The notes beneath the pieces were generated by a model, which saw only the letters and a list, made by a program, of their open reading frames with translations, was not told where the DNA came from and did no database searches. This document shows, one piece after another, positions 12,001 to 24,100 of a stretch of DNA of 62,000 nucleotides. Both the position numbers and the translations under genes were made by a program. How positions within the stretch are numbered: the stretch's first letter is position 1; every line of letters starts with the position of its first letter. Source of the DNA: Vicugna vicugna (lineage: Eukaryota); contig MU057651.1 of assembly GCA_013265495.1 (NCBI GenBank), forward strand, positions 2,084,948 through 2,146,947, in the 5' to 3' direction.

Positions 12001-14504
12001 CCGCTGACCACATGAGGAGTGGACTGTGAGCCCCAGCAGGGAATGTCCACTTCTTCCTTCAAGAGTGGGGCAGCCAGGTTTATGAAAACAAGGGGAAAAT
12101 GAGAGAAAGAAATAAAGGGTAGGAAGGAAAGGGGGAAGAAGGCAGGGAGGGGGAGGCTGGGACGGAGGGTGAAGAGCAGGTGAGAAGGCTCAGGGGACGG
12201 GCTGAGACCAGACCCCCCCACGCCGAAGGCCCCTCCCTGGATGCTGGCAGCGAGGAGTTTACCAGTTACCCAAACAGCTTTCCTTTAGGGCCTAACGTCA
12301 TTTAGTTAAACTTGCTCTTTGTAAAACGAAGAGTTCACAGTCAGATATACACATTCTTTAAAAGAAGGCCACAGGAAGACATTTGTTGAAAAAGCAGTGA
12401 CAGAAACAAAAAAACTATGTGAATTAATAAAATCACGGCAGAGATTCAAATCGGAGTTTAGGAGAAGGCGCAGTCCTCGGCCACCTGCAGCCCCGACCTC
12501 TGCGAAGTGACCCGTCGGGTTTTAGAATGAAATCAGAGTGAAATATCACGGCCTCCTGAATGTTCAACCTGGCTGCGAAAACCAGAAAGCGAGGCTTGCA
12601 AACCTGCTGAAACGCCGGCGGTTTTAATCGGGTCCTCGAGACCCCTTCAGATTAATTAATGCGGCTTCATAGGTGTGGGCAGGAAAGGATGCTTCTTCAG
12701 CCAACTGGGGGCCCTCTCTGGGACATGAAACCATCATTTGGGGGCAGTTTTTAATTCTGAAAACAAACAGACAAGAGCCAGTATTGGTCGTGAGCCGAGC
12801 AAAAGCGTGGAGTCACCGGATTTAACTTGATGGACGTCAGATCTGAGACACGGGCAGGTCTCTGAGCCTCTGTCTCCTCCGTGTAAACAGAAGCGTTAAG
12901 CTTTCATGAGATGTCACATGAGATAATAAATTAAATGAGATACTAAACTCCAGTCACAAAAGAAGATGAACGGAGGGAGCCATGCCTGTTCGCCTGCGGC
13001 TCATAATCTGACTTTGACCGTGAACGTCTCCGGTTGTCAGGCTGGGGCACCCAGGGGGACTCGTGGGCGCAGGGCCACGGGGGGGCACACTTTTTCAGAC
13101 ATGCGGCCCATGGTCTCAGTCACATGCTCAGTGCTGTCAAAACCCATCCATGCCGGCTTGGAAGTTTCCAGCCCCTGTTGTATCGCCGGAGCGCAGACTA
13201 CCTGCACATTTAGAAAATCTGATTCAATACAGGAAGAAATTGGATCATTTTCCTCTCTCTCTCTTTTTTTTTTTTTCCAAACAGAGCTACACTCATCTGT
13301 CTCTGATTGAATATATCAACACATTCATTTAACTCCAGGTCTCCCTGTGGGGGCGGAGGGCTGGGTACACGCATTTGAATTGTTTTATCCACACATATGA
13401 GCCAAGAGGTTTATGCAAATGCTTGGGTTTATTTTTCCTTTTATTTGGGTGCCCAAGTGTTTCGTGTAGTAAACAGCATTTGAATGTGGATTCAGCAGGA
13501 GTCATAAAAAGTTGAGGTACTTGGCCAGAAATAACTCAATCCAAACTCTCTTCGGAAGCCGTGCATCCAGGCTGGGCTCCACCCAGCCCACTTCTGTCTC
13601 TGGAGCCACAACAGCTGAGGGATTGTGGTCCCTTGTGACCCACAGGGAGGGGACAAGTGAGGTTTTGTTTGGAATTTGGGGGCCCACTCTTTGGAATGAG
13701 AACGATGTCTGTTTAACATTAAGAGAGTGTCTTTCTGGCTCCTTTTTTTTTTTTTTAAAGCATCTTTTTTTTCCCCCTAAAAAAAAAAAAGCAAGCCACA
13801 GATTCAACGCAACTTTCCTCTATCGGAAATTACTCACGCCATGCCATTTCTGCCATCCTTGCCAGGCCTGGATTCGCTCTGAACTTTCCTCTTTACGACC
13901 CTGTTCTGGGCCCACAAGGAGAGACCCGCATGCCGGCTCACGCTGGTGCACGCCGTCTGGTGTCACAGCCCCTCCTTCTGCTCTGCTTGATGACACTTTC
14001 AAACTGTATCTGGCTCCATCCTGATCAAAAGCACGGGGTGGAGACGGGGCTTTGCTCTCTGCCTAGAAGCAACTGAAATGTGTGCTATTAATTCCGTCTC
14101 ACCCCAGGAAGCTGTCTCTTCCCTTCTCTTCAGCACTTTGAGTCCTGCTTTATGACACGGGTGTTCAATACTATTTAATGAATGTCACGCCAGCCGTCTT
14201 TCTTCTGCCAGAGCTCCCACAATAGGTGTGTCTGACTCTCACTGCAGATCCGTGTGTTTCTGACTCACGTTTACACCGAGGGCAGCTTTCCCCACGGGGC
14301 AGAATGACAGGTGGCTGACCTGCTCGGCGCAGACCCTGCCCATCACCACCGCATCAGCCGCCAGAGCGGGGCACGTCCTCTCTGTTCCTCTGCCCAGCGC
14401 CTGGCGCCTCTGTGACGTCCAGCTGATTTTTATCAAGTTAAGTCAAAAATGAAGCACGTCAGATAGAACTGAGGTCATTCTGAGGGACCTGTTAAGTCAT
14501 TCCA

Positions 14505-14637
14505 CCTTGGCTGCATCTCAGGATCCCCTGGGGAGAATTTTGCAAATGCTACCATACCGTCCACATCCAGGTGAGTCCACCAGACGGCGTGGAGGTGGGG
14601 CCTAGGCATCCATGGTGGGTTTTGGAAGCTCCCTGAG
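14505..14637. mobile_element. MER5A-like hAT-Charlie MITE fragment
   Basis: TTGGCTGCATCTCAGGATCCCCTGGGGAG...GGTGGGGCCTAGGCATC...AAGCTCCC. Confidence 0.6.
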
Positions 14638-14785
14638 GGCAGGAGCTGGCCCTGCAGTGAGCAAGGAGGAGGGCGGGCGGGTCCTAGGGAGGGTGTCTGC
14701 TCAGGGCTGGCTGTCCTTTCAGGGGACGCCAGAAGAACGCTCCCTGATACCTCCGATCAGTTACAAAACATTCAGAACGAAGCTG

Positions 14786-14920
14786 GTGGCTCGCAGCAAA
14801 AAAAAAAAGTGACAGTGAATATATGTATATTCGTGTATAACTGAAAAATTGTGCTCTGCACTGGAATTTGACACAACGCTGTAAAAGGACTGTAACTCAA
14901 TAAAAAGTGTTAAAAAAAAA
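14786..14920 (+). mobile_element. Short young L1 3' end
   Basis: Near-identical to 42850-42980 (GTGACA.TGAATATAT...AACTGAAAAATTGTGCT...GGAATTTGACACAAC...CAATAAAAA). Confidence 0.85.
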
Positions 14921-15204
14921 GATTCAAACAGAAAAAAGTACGTTTCGTACTCAAAATAGTATTGTCTTTTTTTTTTAATCTAGTCTATTGAAACTCGGAG
15001 TCAATTTTAGAGGGTTATTCATTGAATGCCATAAATATTTCAAGATGAATATAGAAAAGGCCCTTCCAAACCATATGGTATTAATGCATCATTCTCTTCT
15101 CGTGTGTTTTAAAATTCCTATCTGTTAATTGAAGAGTGCATGCCTTGGGTTTTGGTGAGGTAGATTTATGCCTGAGGTCCGCCTGATGTACGAGAAACGA
15201 GCAG

Positions 15205-15352
15205 CGGCTTTGGATCCAGAAGTGGGAGTTTCAATCTCACGCAGAACTGCTTGTCCCCCCCGGAATCTCATTTCCCCTCGTCTGGAAGATGGCGGTTATG
15301 TTGCCTCCTTCACGAGATCAGTGTGAGGACAGAATGAGGTAAATGCCTATAA
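15205..15352. mobile_element. MIR fragment
   Basis: GGCTTTGGA.CCAGA...TCTCATTTCCCCTCGTCTGGAAGATGG...GTGAGGACAGAATGAGGTAAATG, MIR core. Other probable MIR pieces lie near 8260-8400, 12850-12940, 18000-18090, 19680-19800, 23040-23100, 27600-27650, 30270-30470 and 60590-60725. Confidence 0.6.
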
Positions 15353-15944
15353 ATCGTATTGCACTCTAACTGGCACATCATAAATGCTGAATAACTCTTG
15401 GTTCCCTTCTCCCCTCTTAATCACACACACACATACTTCAAGGTTGTGTAGCTTAGCCCCCGTGCTGTTCAGAGAACCACCACCCATACGTCTTTGTGAC
15501 TCTCCCCCCAACCAACTCACGTGTGACCAGCCACTTGAGGCAGAGTTGAAATTTACGGCAGGCAAAAATCCATCAGTTCTCCCTAAAGAGTTAATCTAAA
15601 GAGTCAATGATCATCTGTCACGGACAACAGTACAACCGGAAGGTGTAATAAATGCTTTTTTTTTTTCCCAAGAAAAATGCATTTGAGGTTTAGTCCCCAG
15701 AGCGAAGGCTGAGGCAGGGAGAAGTCGGCAGAGCGGGTGAAGTTTTCCTCCTAAGAATTCCCATTTGTTCGCTCAGCAAGCATCTTACAGAACACCTGCT
15801 TCCAGAAGTCCAGGGGCACAGATGACAAGTGATGATGTATTTGCAGAATTAGACCCACATGCAGAACACCGGGTCCCACTGGCGTCAGTGTGGGGCGCCC
15901 ACCCTGGAGCTTCCAGTGTGTTTAATGGAAGGAGACCATCAAAG

Positions 15945-16401
15945 CATGAGGTTTACGATGTGTTAGTTGCTGGTGTACAGCATAGTGATTCAGTCATGCT
16001 ATATATATATATATGAGCTATTACAAGATATTGAATATAGTCCCCTGTGCTGTACAGGAGGACCTTGCTGTTTATCTGTTTTATATGTAGTAGTTAGTAT
16101 CTGCTAACCCTAAACTCCCAATTTATCCCTTCCCAACCCCTCCCCTCTGGTAACCATCAGTTTGTTTTCTATGTCTGTGAGTTTGTTTCTGTTCTGTAAA
16201 TGAGTTCATTTGTGCCATTTTTTTGGATTCCACCTATAAGTGACATCATATGATATTTGTCTTTCTCTGCCTGACTTACTTCACTTAGTATGACACTCTC
16301 CAAATGTATTCATGTTGCTGCAAATGGCATTATTTCATTCTTTTTTATGGCTGAGTAGTATTCCATTGTATACATATACCACAACTTCTTTACCCAATCA
16401 T
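15945..16401 (-). mobile_element. 5'-truncated L1 3' end
   Basis: Antisense motifs GGTGTACAGCATAGTGATTCAG, GATATTGAATATAGTCCCCTGTGCT, CATGTTGCTGCAAATGGCATTATTTCATTCTTTTTTATGGCTGAGTAGTATTCCA. Confidence 0.92.
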
Positions 16402-18142
16402 ATTCGCTTTTAAATCACAGCATACACTCTCAACAGATTCCAAAGACCGTTTGTCCCGTTGTAATGAATACGGACAGCCTCTCAAAGTGGCTGCTTTATG
16501 TAATATCTGTTCTATTTAGCTAAAAAGAAAGGAAAAACAATACTTAACACCGAATATGTTCAAGATGTCACCCATCGTCTGTCTGTGACTTGTTGATACA
16601 GTGTTATCTATCACCCCTCACAATTTTCAAATGTTCTACTCAGTTCTCCTAATCCTCCTTCATGTAAACAGTCCTGCAGAAAAATCAACAAACAAGCTAC
16701 ATGCATATACATTGGAATGAATGTAAACCTTTACAGATAAATATAAATGTATCTCCTTCTTTCAGCAACTTCATGCTCATCAACCAATAGAACCCTTTCC
16801 AACAGAAACACCTATTAAAGGACAACACCCTGTAATTCTATTTGGCACTCTTAGGAAAAAAAAAAAAATGAAGCCAGAAGCCTCTCCTTGGCTGAATTCC
16901 CAGACGCCTGGTGCTCAAGCATTATTGCAAAGCTCGCCCATTTTAATCTGATTCTTTCTTCATGATACATGAGTCTCCACTTGCAGGGGAAGTTCATCTG
17001 AGTGCAGGGCTCTCATTTTAAATTAATCGGCTGCTTTCAACATTACCCAGACTGAAGTGTTCGTTGTGTACTATTTATCTTCTTAATAACAAAAAACTAA
17101 TCTGCAAAGCAAAGATCAAAAGAGGTGGTCTGTTCTCCTCCGTGAGAGATGCAGTGGTCCCATGTCTGCACCGACAGTAACATTTGCTCCCTAATAGTCA
17201 TTCCTGGGTACTCATTATTTTATTTAAATGTGATTGCTTCCTGGACTTTATGTTTTTATCACTATTCCCAGAACCCACTTCAGACTCACTCTGGGTCTCC
17301 CGGAGACCAGAGCAGCCACTGTCAGAAATGCTGAAAAGCCCCTTCTCAGCTTTCACTGTCACGCCATCCCCCCAGCATCCCATTCTAGGACCAGCGACGT
17401 AACGTCCACATCGAAAGCAAATAATGAAAAGGGATACAAAACACGCCTCCTTCCAGCCTGGTCCGTCCAGTGCCTCCCCAGCAGCCCCGCGTGCACTGCT
17501 CACCCCAGCCGTCTTTCCCCAGCCGTGTTCCCCCTTCCCTTTCTGCACTGAGGAGTGCGAAGTGCCAGACAGAACCAGGGAACACGCCCACAGAAGCCTA
17601 AAAGCATCAGTCCGCTTCTAATTCTGCTCCGGACTCTGCTTACCGAAAGGTCCAGCCTGTGCCTCACTGAGCGACAGCTGTCTACAAGGGACTCCTCAGT
17701 TAAGGGAGGATGCAGAAAGAGATGAGCGTCCGCTGATAAGCTATGCTCCAAGGAGTAAACAAAGGAGATGATGGGGTCCTGGCAGAAACAGTAACAGAGC
17801 CCGAGATGAAGTCTTGGTCCCTGTGTCCTTCCTTCCATCAACCCTTCGGCCACTCAACCAGCGCATGCCAAGTGCCAGCCGCATGCCCAGCCCGGGGGGC
17901 CCAGAGGTCGTGATCCACCAGCCCCATAATTGCACGGACTTTAATGGAGGCCTCATTGGATGCCAGACTTGGCTCCTAATGTTTCCCATATGTCTGTTTT
18001 CTTAACTCACAAAAACACAGTATGGGGGTTATCGCTCCTGTCCCTACAGATGAAGTAACACAGACACAGAAAGTCTAAGTGACTGCAGGGCAAGGATCAG
18101 TGCGCAGGTGGGAATGGCTGCCCTGACCCCTAGCTGGGTCCC

Positions 18143-18688
18143 TGAGAGCCAGGAGGGGAGGGGGCCGGGCACGGCCATTGAAACAAGGACCCAGCCATTG
18201 GCACCAAGATGGCGGGAGAGTCAACGCCCGGTAGACCTTGAGCATCATTGCATGCTCACTGTGATACACTAACATGGTAAATGGCCCTCCCACAGGGGCC
18301 AGGACAGCTCCAGGCTGCCCATTAAAGGTCTAAACGTGGGCGGTGGCCCAGTTCCCGGGACTCCCAGTTCCTTCCCCAAAGTGGTTGGAATGACCCTCCC
18401 ACCTGTTAGCATATGACGTTAGGGAGCCCATGAAAACAAGCCACCCGCACCTCGGGGAAGGTCCCGTTTTCCTAGCCGACCCCATGCTCCGAGCCCGCTG
18501 CTCTCCCTTCTGAGTAAGATGGCCACACTCTGTCTATGGGGTGGACGTCTCTCTGAATAAGTCTGCCTCCACTCTTCCATGACTCGCTCTGGAATTCTTT
18601 CCTGTGTGAAGCCAAGGACCCTCACTTGGCAGGGCGCGTCCTGGGGATTTGCTCCAGACCCGAGGCATGGCCCTCCCTTTGTGCCACA
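18143..18688 (+). mobile_element. ERV1 solo LTR, MER41-like
   Basis: CCAAGATGGCGG...GACCTTGAGCATC, CTCCCACAGGGGCCAGGACAG, TTGGAATGACCCTCCCACCTGTTAGCATATGA, CTCTGTCTATGGGGT, AATAAG, CTCGCTCTGGAATTCTTTCCTGTGTGAAGCCAAGGACCCTC follow the MER41-group layout. The ends are uncertain. Confidence 0.7.
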
Positions 18689-21245
18689 TTTTTTTTTTCC
18701 TGTATTAGCTGGTCTGAGCCATCCTCGACGCTCTCATCCTCTCAAAGCAGGACAAGATGACAGCGTCCTCAGGGCTGCAAACCAGGGCAGCAGTCACCCC
18801 GTCTAAGCCCGCGCTTTGTGGAGCGAGGGCTCCCGAGAGCGCAGGGCGTGTGCCCGCGGGCCGTGCTAGCTTCCCCAGCTTCAGGCGAGCTGCATGCACG
18901 GCGGTGCTTCGCGCGAACTGGACCGCCGCTCTCCTCTCTCCCCAGCCTGCACCTGGCGTGCTGAATGCCTTTCAATGGCACTGTCTGTATTTTAACTTCA
19001 GTTTCTCTTGGTTCCTTGTCTCTGACTCTCTGCGTCTCCTAATCTACCCTGTCTATGCATTTGTAGGCTCATAGGTTACCCCAAGTCTTCTTCTTGGGCA
19101 AGAGACCCACCACACACCGGCAGAGCTCCTCGCCCAGGGTCCAGATCTGCCGTGGGCGGCATGAATTTTTATTTTTTCCCATTTTGTCCACCCCTGGGAA
19201 GTAAGTAGCTGACCTCCTGGAGCCTCCAGGAAGACCAGAACGCCACCGAACTGAGCTGCATTGCATTCTGGGCATAGCTGGGCATCTCCCAAAGTCCAGG
19301 GCGGTGGCAATGAAAAGCGGAGGGAAGCACAGGTCCGAGCACTGGCCGGCCAGACAGAACCTTGTGCTGCCTCTGCTCCTTCAAGGACGACCGAGGGCTC
19401 TCCTCTCGCCCTGCAAGCCTGCATTATAAATGATGCTTACAAGGATGCAGTGATTCGTGCTGTGCAGCAGAAATCGACACGTTGTAATTGACTACACTTC
19501 AGTTGAAAAAAAAAAGACACAATTTCCAAAATAGTAACTATCTCAAAGCAGTGCCCTAAAATGGTCCCTCTGATTGCTAACGAATGAGGTCTATTCAGTG
19601 CTGGTTACTTTGTAAAAATGTACCCCCTTTGATTCAGGCCCTTTTCTGTGTTCACGAGAGACTCACTAAAAATGCATGGGATTTGGAATCACCCAGACGT
19701 GAGTCTACACCACCCAACCTTCACTCCCACCTTTGATTCTAGGCAAGTCTCTTAATCTATCCTGACCTCTGTTTATAAATAAAAATAATCACCCCTCCAG
19801 GAGTTTTCCCAGGAAAAGAAAACCATTCCACACTCATCAAAGCATCGGAAACACAACAGCCCCCTTGAGAATTCTCAGCAAAGAAAACACATCAAAGGTC
19901 TCTTGGACCTTTTCCCCCAAATGCCCACCTTGGAACAGCAGAGAGGTTTTGTTCCAAGTGCCTAGTAAGTGGTTTCCTGACTTTTCTCCAAGAGACAGCA
20001 CCTTTCAGAGCAAGATGACAGGAGTGTCCTTTCAGACAAGACTGAATGTGAGAGCTTCTGTGTTCCTTGCACAACCCGGAGGCAGGCACGAGTCACGGAG
20101 GAGGGGCTGGGGCTCCCACCGAGGTTACGCACAGCCCTGCTGAGCTGGTTAATACAGTCCTTGACGACCTGGCTTTTGCAGGACCGTCCCTGGCCAACAG
20201 ACGTGGAGTGAGGCGATGGGCATTCTGTCCGTGATGACCTGATTTGCATAGCTAATTGCCCTCCCTTGCTGGCTCCGCGTGGTCCATGCCAGGAGCCTGA
20301 TGCGGGGCTGAGTGCCAGCTTGGGTCTGATGCAAACTCTCGCCCTGCAATTCAGCTGCTGAATGGCTCAGACAAACACTTAGAGCCGCGCCTCCCAAACC
20401 CGGCTCTCCAAGGCGGTGGTTACCGGTTCGCCGACTGAGTTAGCACCTTCCGATGGCCTTGTAGGCAGGTGACATCGAGTCCGAGGAAGGATTCGTCGCT
20501 GTGGTTTGTGGACACGTCTCGAGGGCAGTAACCGCTCAAATTGGGAAAAATAGAAAAAAACGCTAAGTAGTTGTGTCAGCGCGTGTGAGTGTTTACAAGA
20601 AGGCAGAAAGGGAAATTAGAGGACGCTTTGGTGGGAAACTGGCCTCTGGCTGCCAAATGAACTTGCTGCTTGCAGAACCTAACATCTAAAAGTGACAGAG
20701 GGACTGGTCGGGTGGGGGAGAGACTGGGACAGCCTCAGATTCTGGGAGGAGGCAGATGGACGTCTCAGCCGTGGCCCCCCGGGAGAAGGGAAGGTGGCCA
20801 GCAGTTATGGAAACCGTCCCTGGTAGTTAATTAATGATTAGACTGAAGACACTTGAACTGAATGTGTGTCAAGGGCCACATGCTCTGCTGGGTGATTGGA
20901 GGTGAGGTGACCGTGAGCAAGACACGTACCAGTGAGTGCTTCCCAGGCTTTGAAAATTCATCCTCTAAGAGAGAAGCACCCACACACACAAGCAGATCAA
21001 GAGCTGAGACTGGCGTGTGGATGACAGCAATCAGGGGAGGCTGCACCGAGGAGGTGACACCAGCACTGGGCTCATGGTGATCAAGTAGGAGTTAACCAGG
21101 AAGAGATGGGGACGGGGTCCTGGGGCCGGAGCACGTAGCTCAGCCTTTGGGGCAGTGGGAGAAGCAGGCCATTCTGGCCACTGCACGGCGTGTGGACAGA
21201 ACACACCCAGGGGTGGGCGAACCAGGTATGAGATGACTATGATAG

Positions 21246-21723
21246 CATAACAGGGAAAGCAACCTGACTCCACTTTGGGTCTGTTTCTTTTACCTTCCCC
21301 TTTGTATCTGTTGCTTTTGCTACAAGTTAACCACTAAAGGGATGTTGCCTACAAGCTTAAAGTGTACATGATGGCCCATCTCTGGGAACCCTGCCTCCCA
21401 GGAAATGAGCATTAAGCTAAAGAACCTTTGTTTAGCTCCCAGGAAGCATCATGACCAGCCCACCTGCGAGTGGCTGCAGGAAGGAGGAAATTAATACATC
21501 CCCTCCGGAGGCTGACCAGAACCAAGACTTAACTCCCTCCCCTTTTAGTATAAAAGAGACCTGAATTCTAACTCAGGGGAAGATGGCTCTTTGGGACACG
21601 GGTCCACCATCTTCTCGGTCTGCTGGCTTTCTGAACAAAGTTGCTAATCTTTGCCCCAACAAATCATCCCTGAATATGCTGGCCTGTCATGTGGCGAGCA
21701 GTCGGAGCTTGGACTCAGTGACA
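21246..21723 (+). mobile_element. ERV1-like solo LTR
   Basis: TATAAAA at 21549, CCACCATCTTCTCGGTCTGCTGGCTTTCTGAACAAA, ends ...GGACTCAGTGACA. Flanks ATAG/GTAG are a possible 4-bp TSD. Confidence 0.75.
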
Positions 21724-22411
21724 GTAGTAGATGACAGGACAGCCTCTGAGGCCCTCTCCTCAGTACATGTCACAGAGAAGACCAGACACTGTACCAAGGA
21801 CAAGTTTCAAGTCTGCAAAGGAATCTCTTCCCTCAGTCACTAAACTTTCCCTTTTCAATGAACCCCAAGACAGCAAGCCATGGCAAATACAAGCAGTGCA
21901 AAATGTCGGGTTATGTTATTACACATAAAACCAATGGAAGCAAATGTCTTAACTGCATTTATGTACTGGCTATTTATTTCTGCCAGGATCTGTACAGGAG
22001 CATGACCACGTTGCTCACCTCCTCACTCGCCCAGCTGTCCCACACCTGGCCCCCCAACCCTGGGAGTCTATGCTGGGTGCTTGTCCATGGGGGCCTCCTG
22101 GGAACTGGCCCCTCCCTATCTGGGGGGCTCTCAGGGTCCACTGCTGGGGCAGCCTGGAGGCGGGAAGCTGGGTGGGACACAAACACCACCTGTGTTCCAG
22201 CAACGTGGTCCCTGCCCGGGCTGTGGATACGGAGGAGGTGGTGCAGAGACCCAGCATAGCCGGAGATGCCTGGTGATGGTCCCATCAGTGATGGGACCCC
22301 AACCAGGCCCTGTCTAACCTCCTGGGTTCCAGCCTCACCCCTTTTCCAGCCAGGATCACCACCCCTTTCCCCATATCTGTGGTATGCGTTGATTTCCTTT
22401 TAAAATTTACA

Positions 22412-22610
22412 TCACGATATATAAAACAGACAAACAACAAGGACCTACTGTAGAGCATAGGGAACTATATTCGATTTCTTGCTATAATCTACCGTGGAAA
22501 AGACTCTGAAAAGAAATACGTACACGAATGTCGATGTGTAACTGAATCGCTTTGCTGTACACCTGGAACTAACATTGTAATGGACTTCTTTTCAATTAAA
22601 AAAAGCAAAA
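22412..22610 (+). mobile_element. L1 3' end fragment
   Basis: AAACAACAAGGACCTACTGTAGAGCATAGGGAACTATATTC...GTAACTGAATCGCTTTGCTGTACACCTGGAACTAAC...A-tail. Confidence 0.85.
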
Positions 22611-22893
22611 TTAAAGGAAATGTACAACCAAGAATGCCGTTGGCACTGGACAACCCTCGCCCCTTCCCGGACGTGGATGGTCGGGACATCTGACCCGTCC
22701 AGCACTGCCTTCGCTCTGCCCGGTGACAGAGGGGTGGCTGCTTGTCAGCACACAGGGCTGGGCAGAGCAGCAGAGAGGGAAGTTGCCTGGTAAGGAATCT
22801 GTTTTGTCTGTATTCACACAGTATTGACTGTTTGTTTATATCCACAGTTTATATGTCAAACATACCCCTTTGCATGTCCCATCTCATCCAATC

Positions 22894-23008
22894 TTTTTTG
22901 GGGGGAGTGGGTAATTAGGTTTATTTATTTAACGGAGGGACTGGGGATGGAACCCAGGGCCTCGTGCATGCTAAGCATGTGCCCCACCCCTGAGCTGCAC
23001 CCTCCCCC
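22894..23008 (-). mobile_element. Camelid tRNA-derived SINE (Vic-1/SINE_Vpa-like)
   Basis: Reverse complement GGGGGAGGGTGCAGCTCAGGGGTGGGGCACATGCTTAGCATGCACGAGGCCCTGGGTTCCATCCCCAGTCCCTCC...AAATAAACCTAATTACC. Confidence 0.9.
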
Positions 23009-23409
23009 TTCACCTAATTTTATAATCCATGGAGGACAGTATTATTACCCCTGTTTACAGAAACAGACACTGAGGCTCAGGAAAGGTAGGTGATTTGCAA
23101 ACATCACCGAAACCATACATGTCTGCTCGACCCTCAGCCGTCTTCCTTCTGTCTCACCAAAGTCCACCTGAGACTGGTAGGTTTGCTTGTCTGTGCTGAA
23201 TGTCATTAATGTCACTTCACAGCATGTGCACAAGAAGCGAGGTGTGGCAGGGCAGAACTCAGAAAACACATGCTTATATGTAGGTCTTCCTATATCATTA
23301 AATGAGCCCTGTTGTCTTGTAGAGATGGAAGCTGTCTGGCTTTTAGCTCCCCAGTATCATTCATAAGTAAATAAATCAAAGGATACATAGCTAACTAAAT
23401 AAATAGGAG

Positions 23410-23805
23410 AAAATCTGTACAAATCACATATCTGATGGAGACAGGTACCCAGAACACATCAACAGTTTTTACAACTCGCTGATAAGGATGAATAACCCAA
23501 TTTTACAAGGGGGCAAAGATCTGAACAGAAATTCCTCCAGTGAAGACAGACGAATGGCCCAGCAGCACATGAAAAGACACTCTGCATCCTTTGTCACTGG
23601 GGAAATTCGACTCAAAAGCACAGGGAAATGTCACCTCACACCCACCGGCATGGCTGAAATAAAAAAGACAAGAGGATGCTAAGTCTTGGCCAAGATGCAG
23701 AGGAATTCAAATTTTGATGCTTTACTGATGGAAATGGAAGAGACATATGGTAGCACTCATGGCTGCCAAGAACATGCCAAGTGGAAGAAGCTGGTCTCCA
23801 AAAGA

Positions 23806-23844
<39 letters not shown>

Positions 23845-24100
23845 ATTCTATTAGATGAGATGCCTGTAATGGATGGATCTGAGAGACAGTCTTATAGAAG
23901 GCCAGGGGGGTGGGCAACATTCAGGGGTCGAAATCCCCAATGACTGACTATAGTCGATGTTTCTTTGAGGGGTAATGACAATGCTCTAAAATTAGACTGT
24001 GGTGGTGATTTCTGGAGAAGTATGCTGAGAAGCACCACATATTTTAAGTAGGTAACTTTGTGGTGTGTAAATTATGTCTCTGAATCTTTCCCTCCAAAAA
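23410..24100 (+). mobile_element. Old L1 (ORF2 end plus 3'UTR), fragmented, containing a (TA)n tract
   Basis: AAATCACATATCTGAT, GGGCAAAGATCTGAACAG, CACATGAAAAGA, CTCACACCCACCGGCATGGCT, AATGCTCTAAAATTAGACTGTGGTGGTG. Confidence 0.75.
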
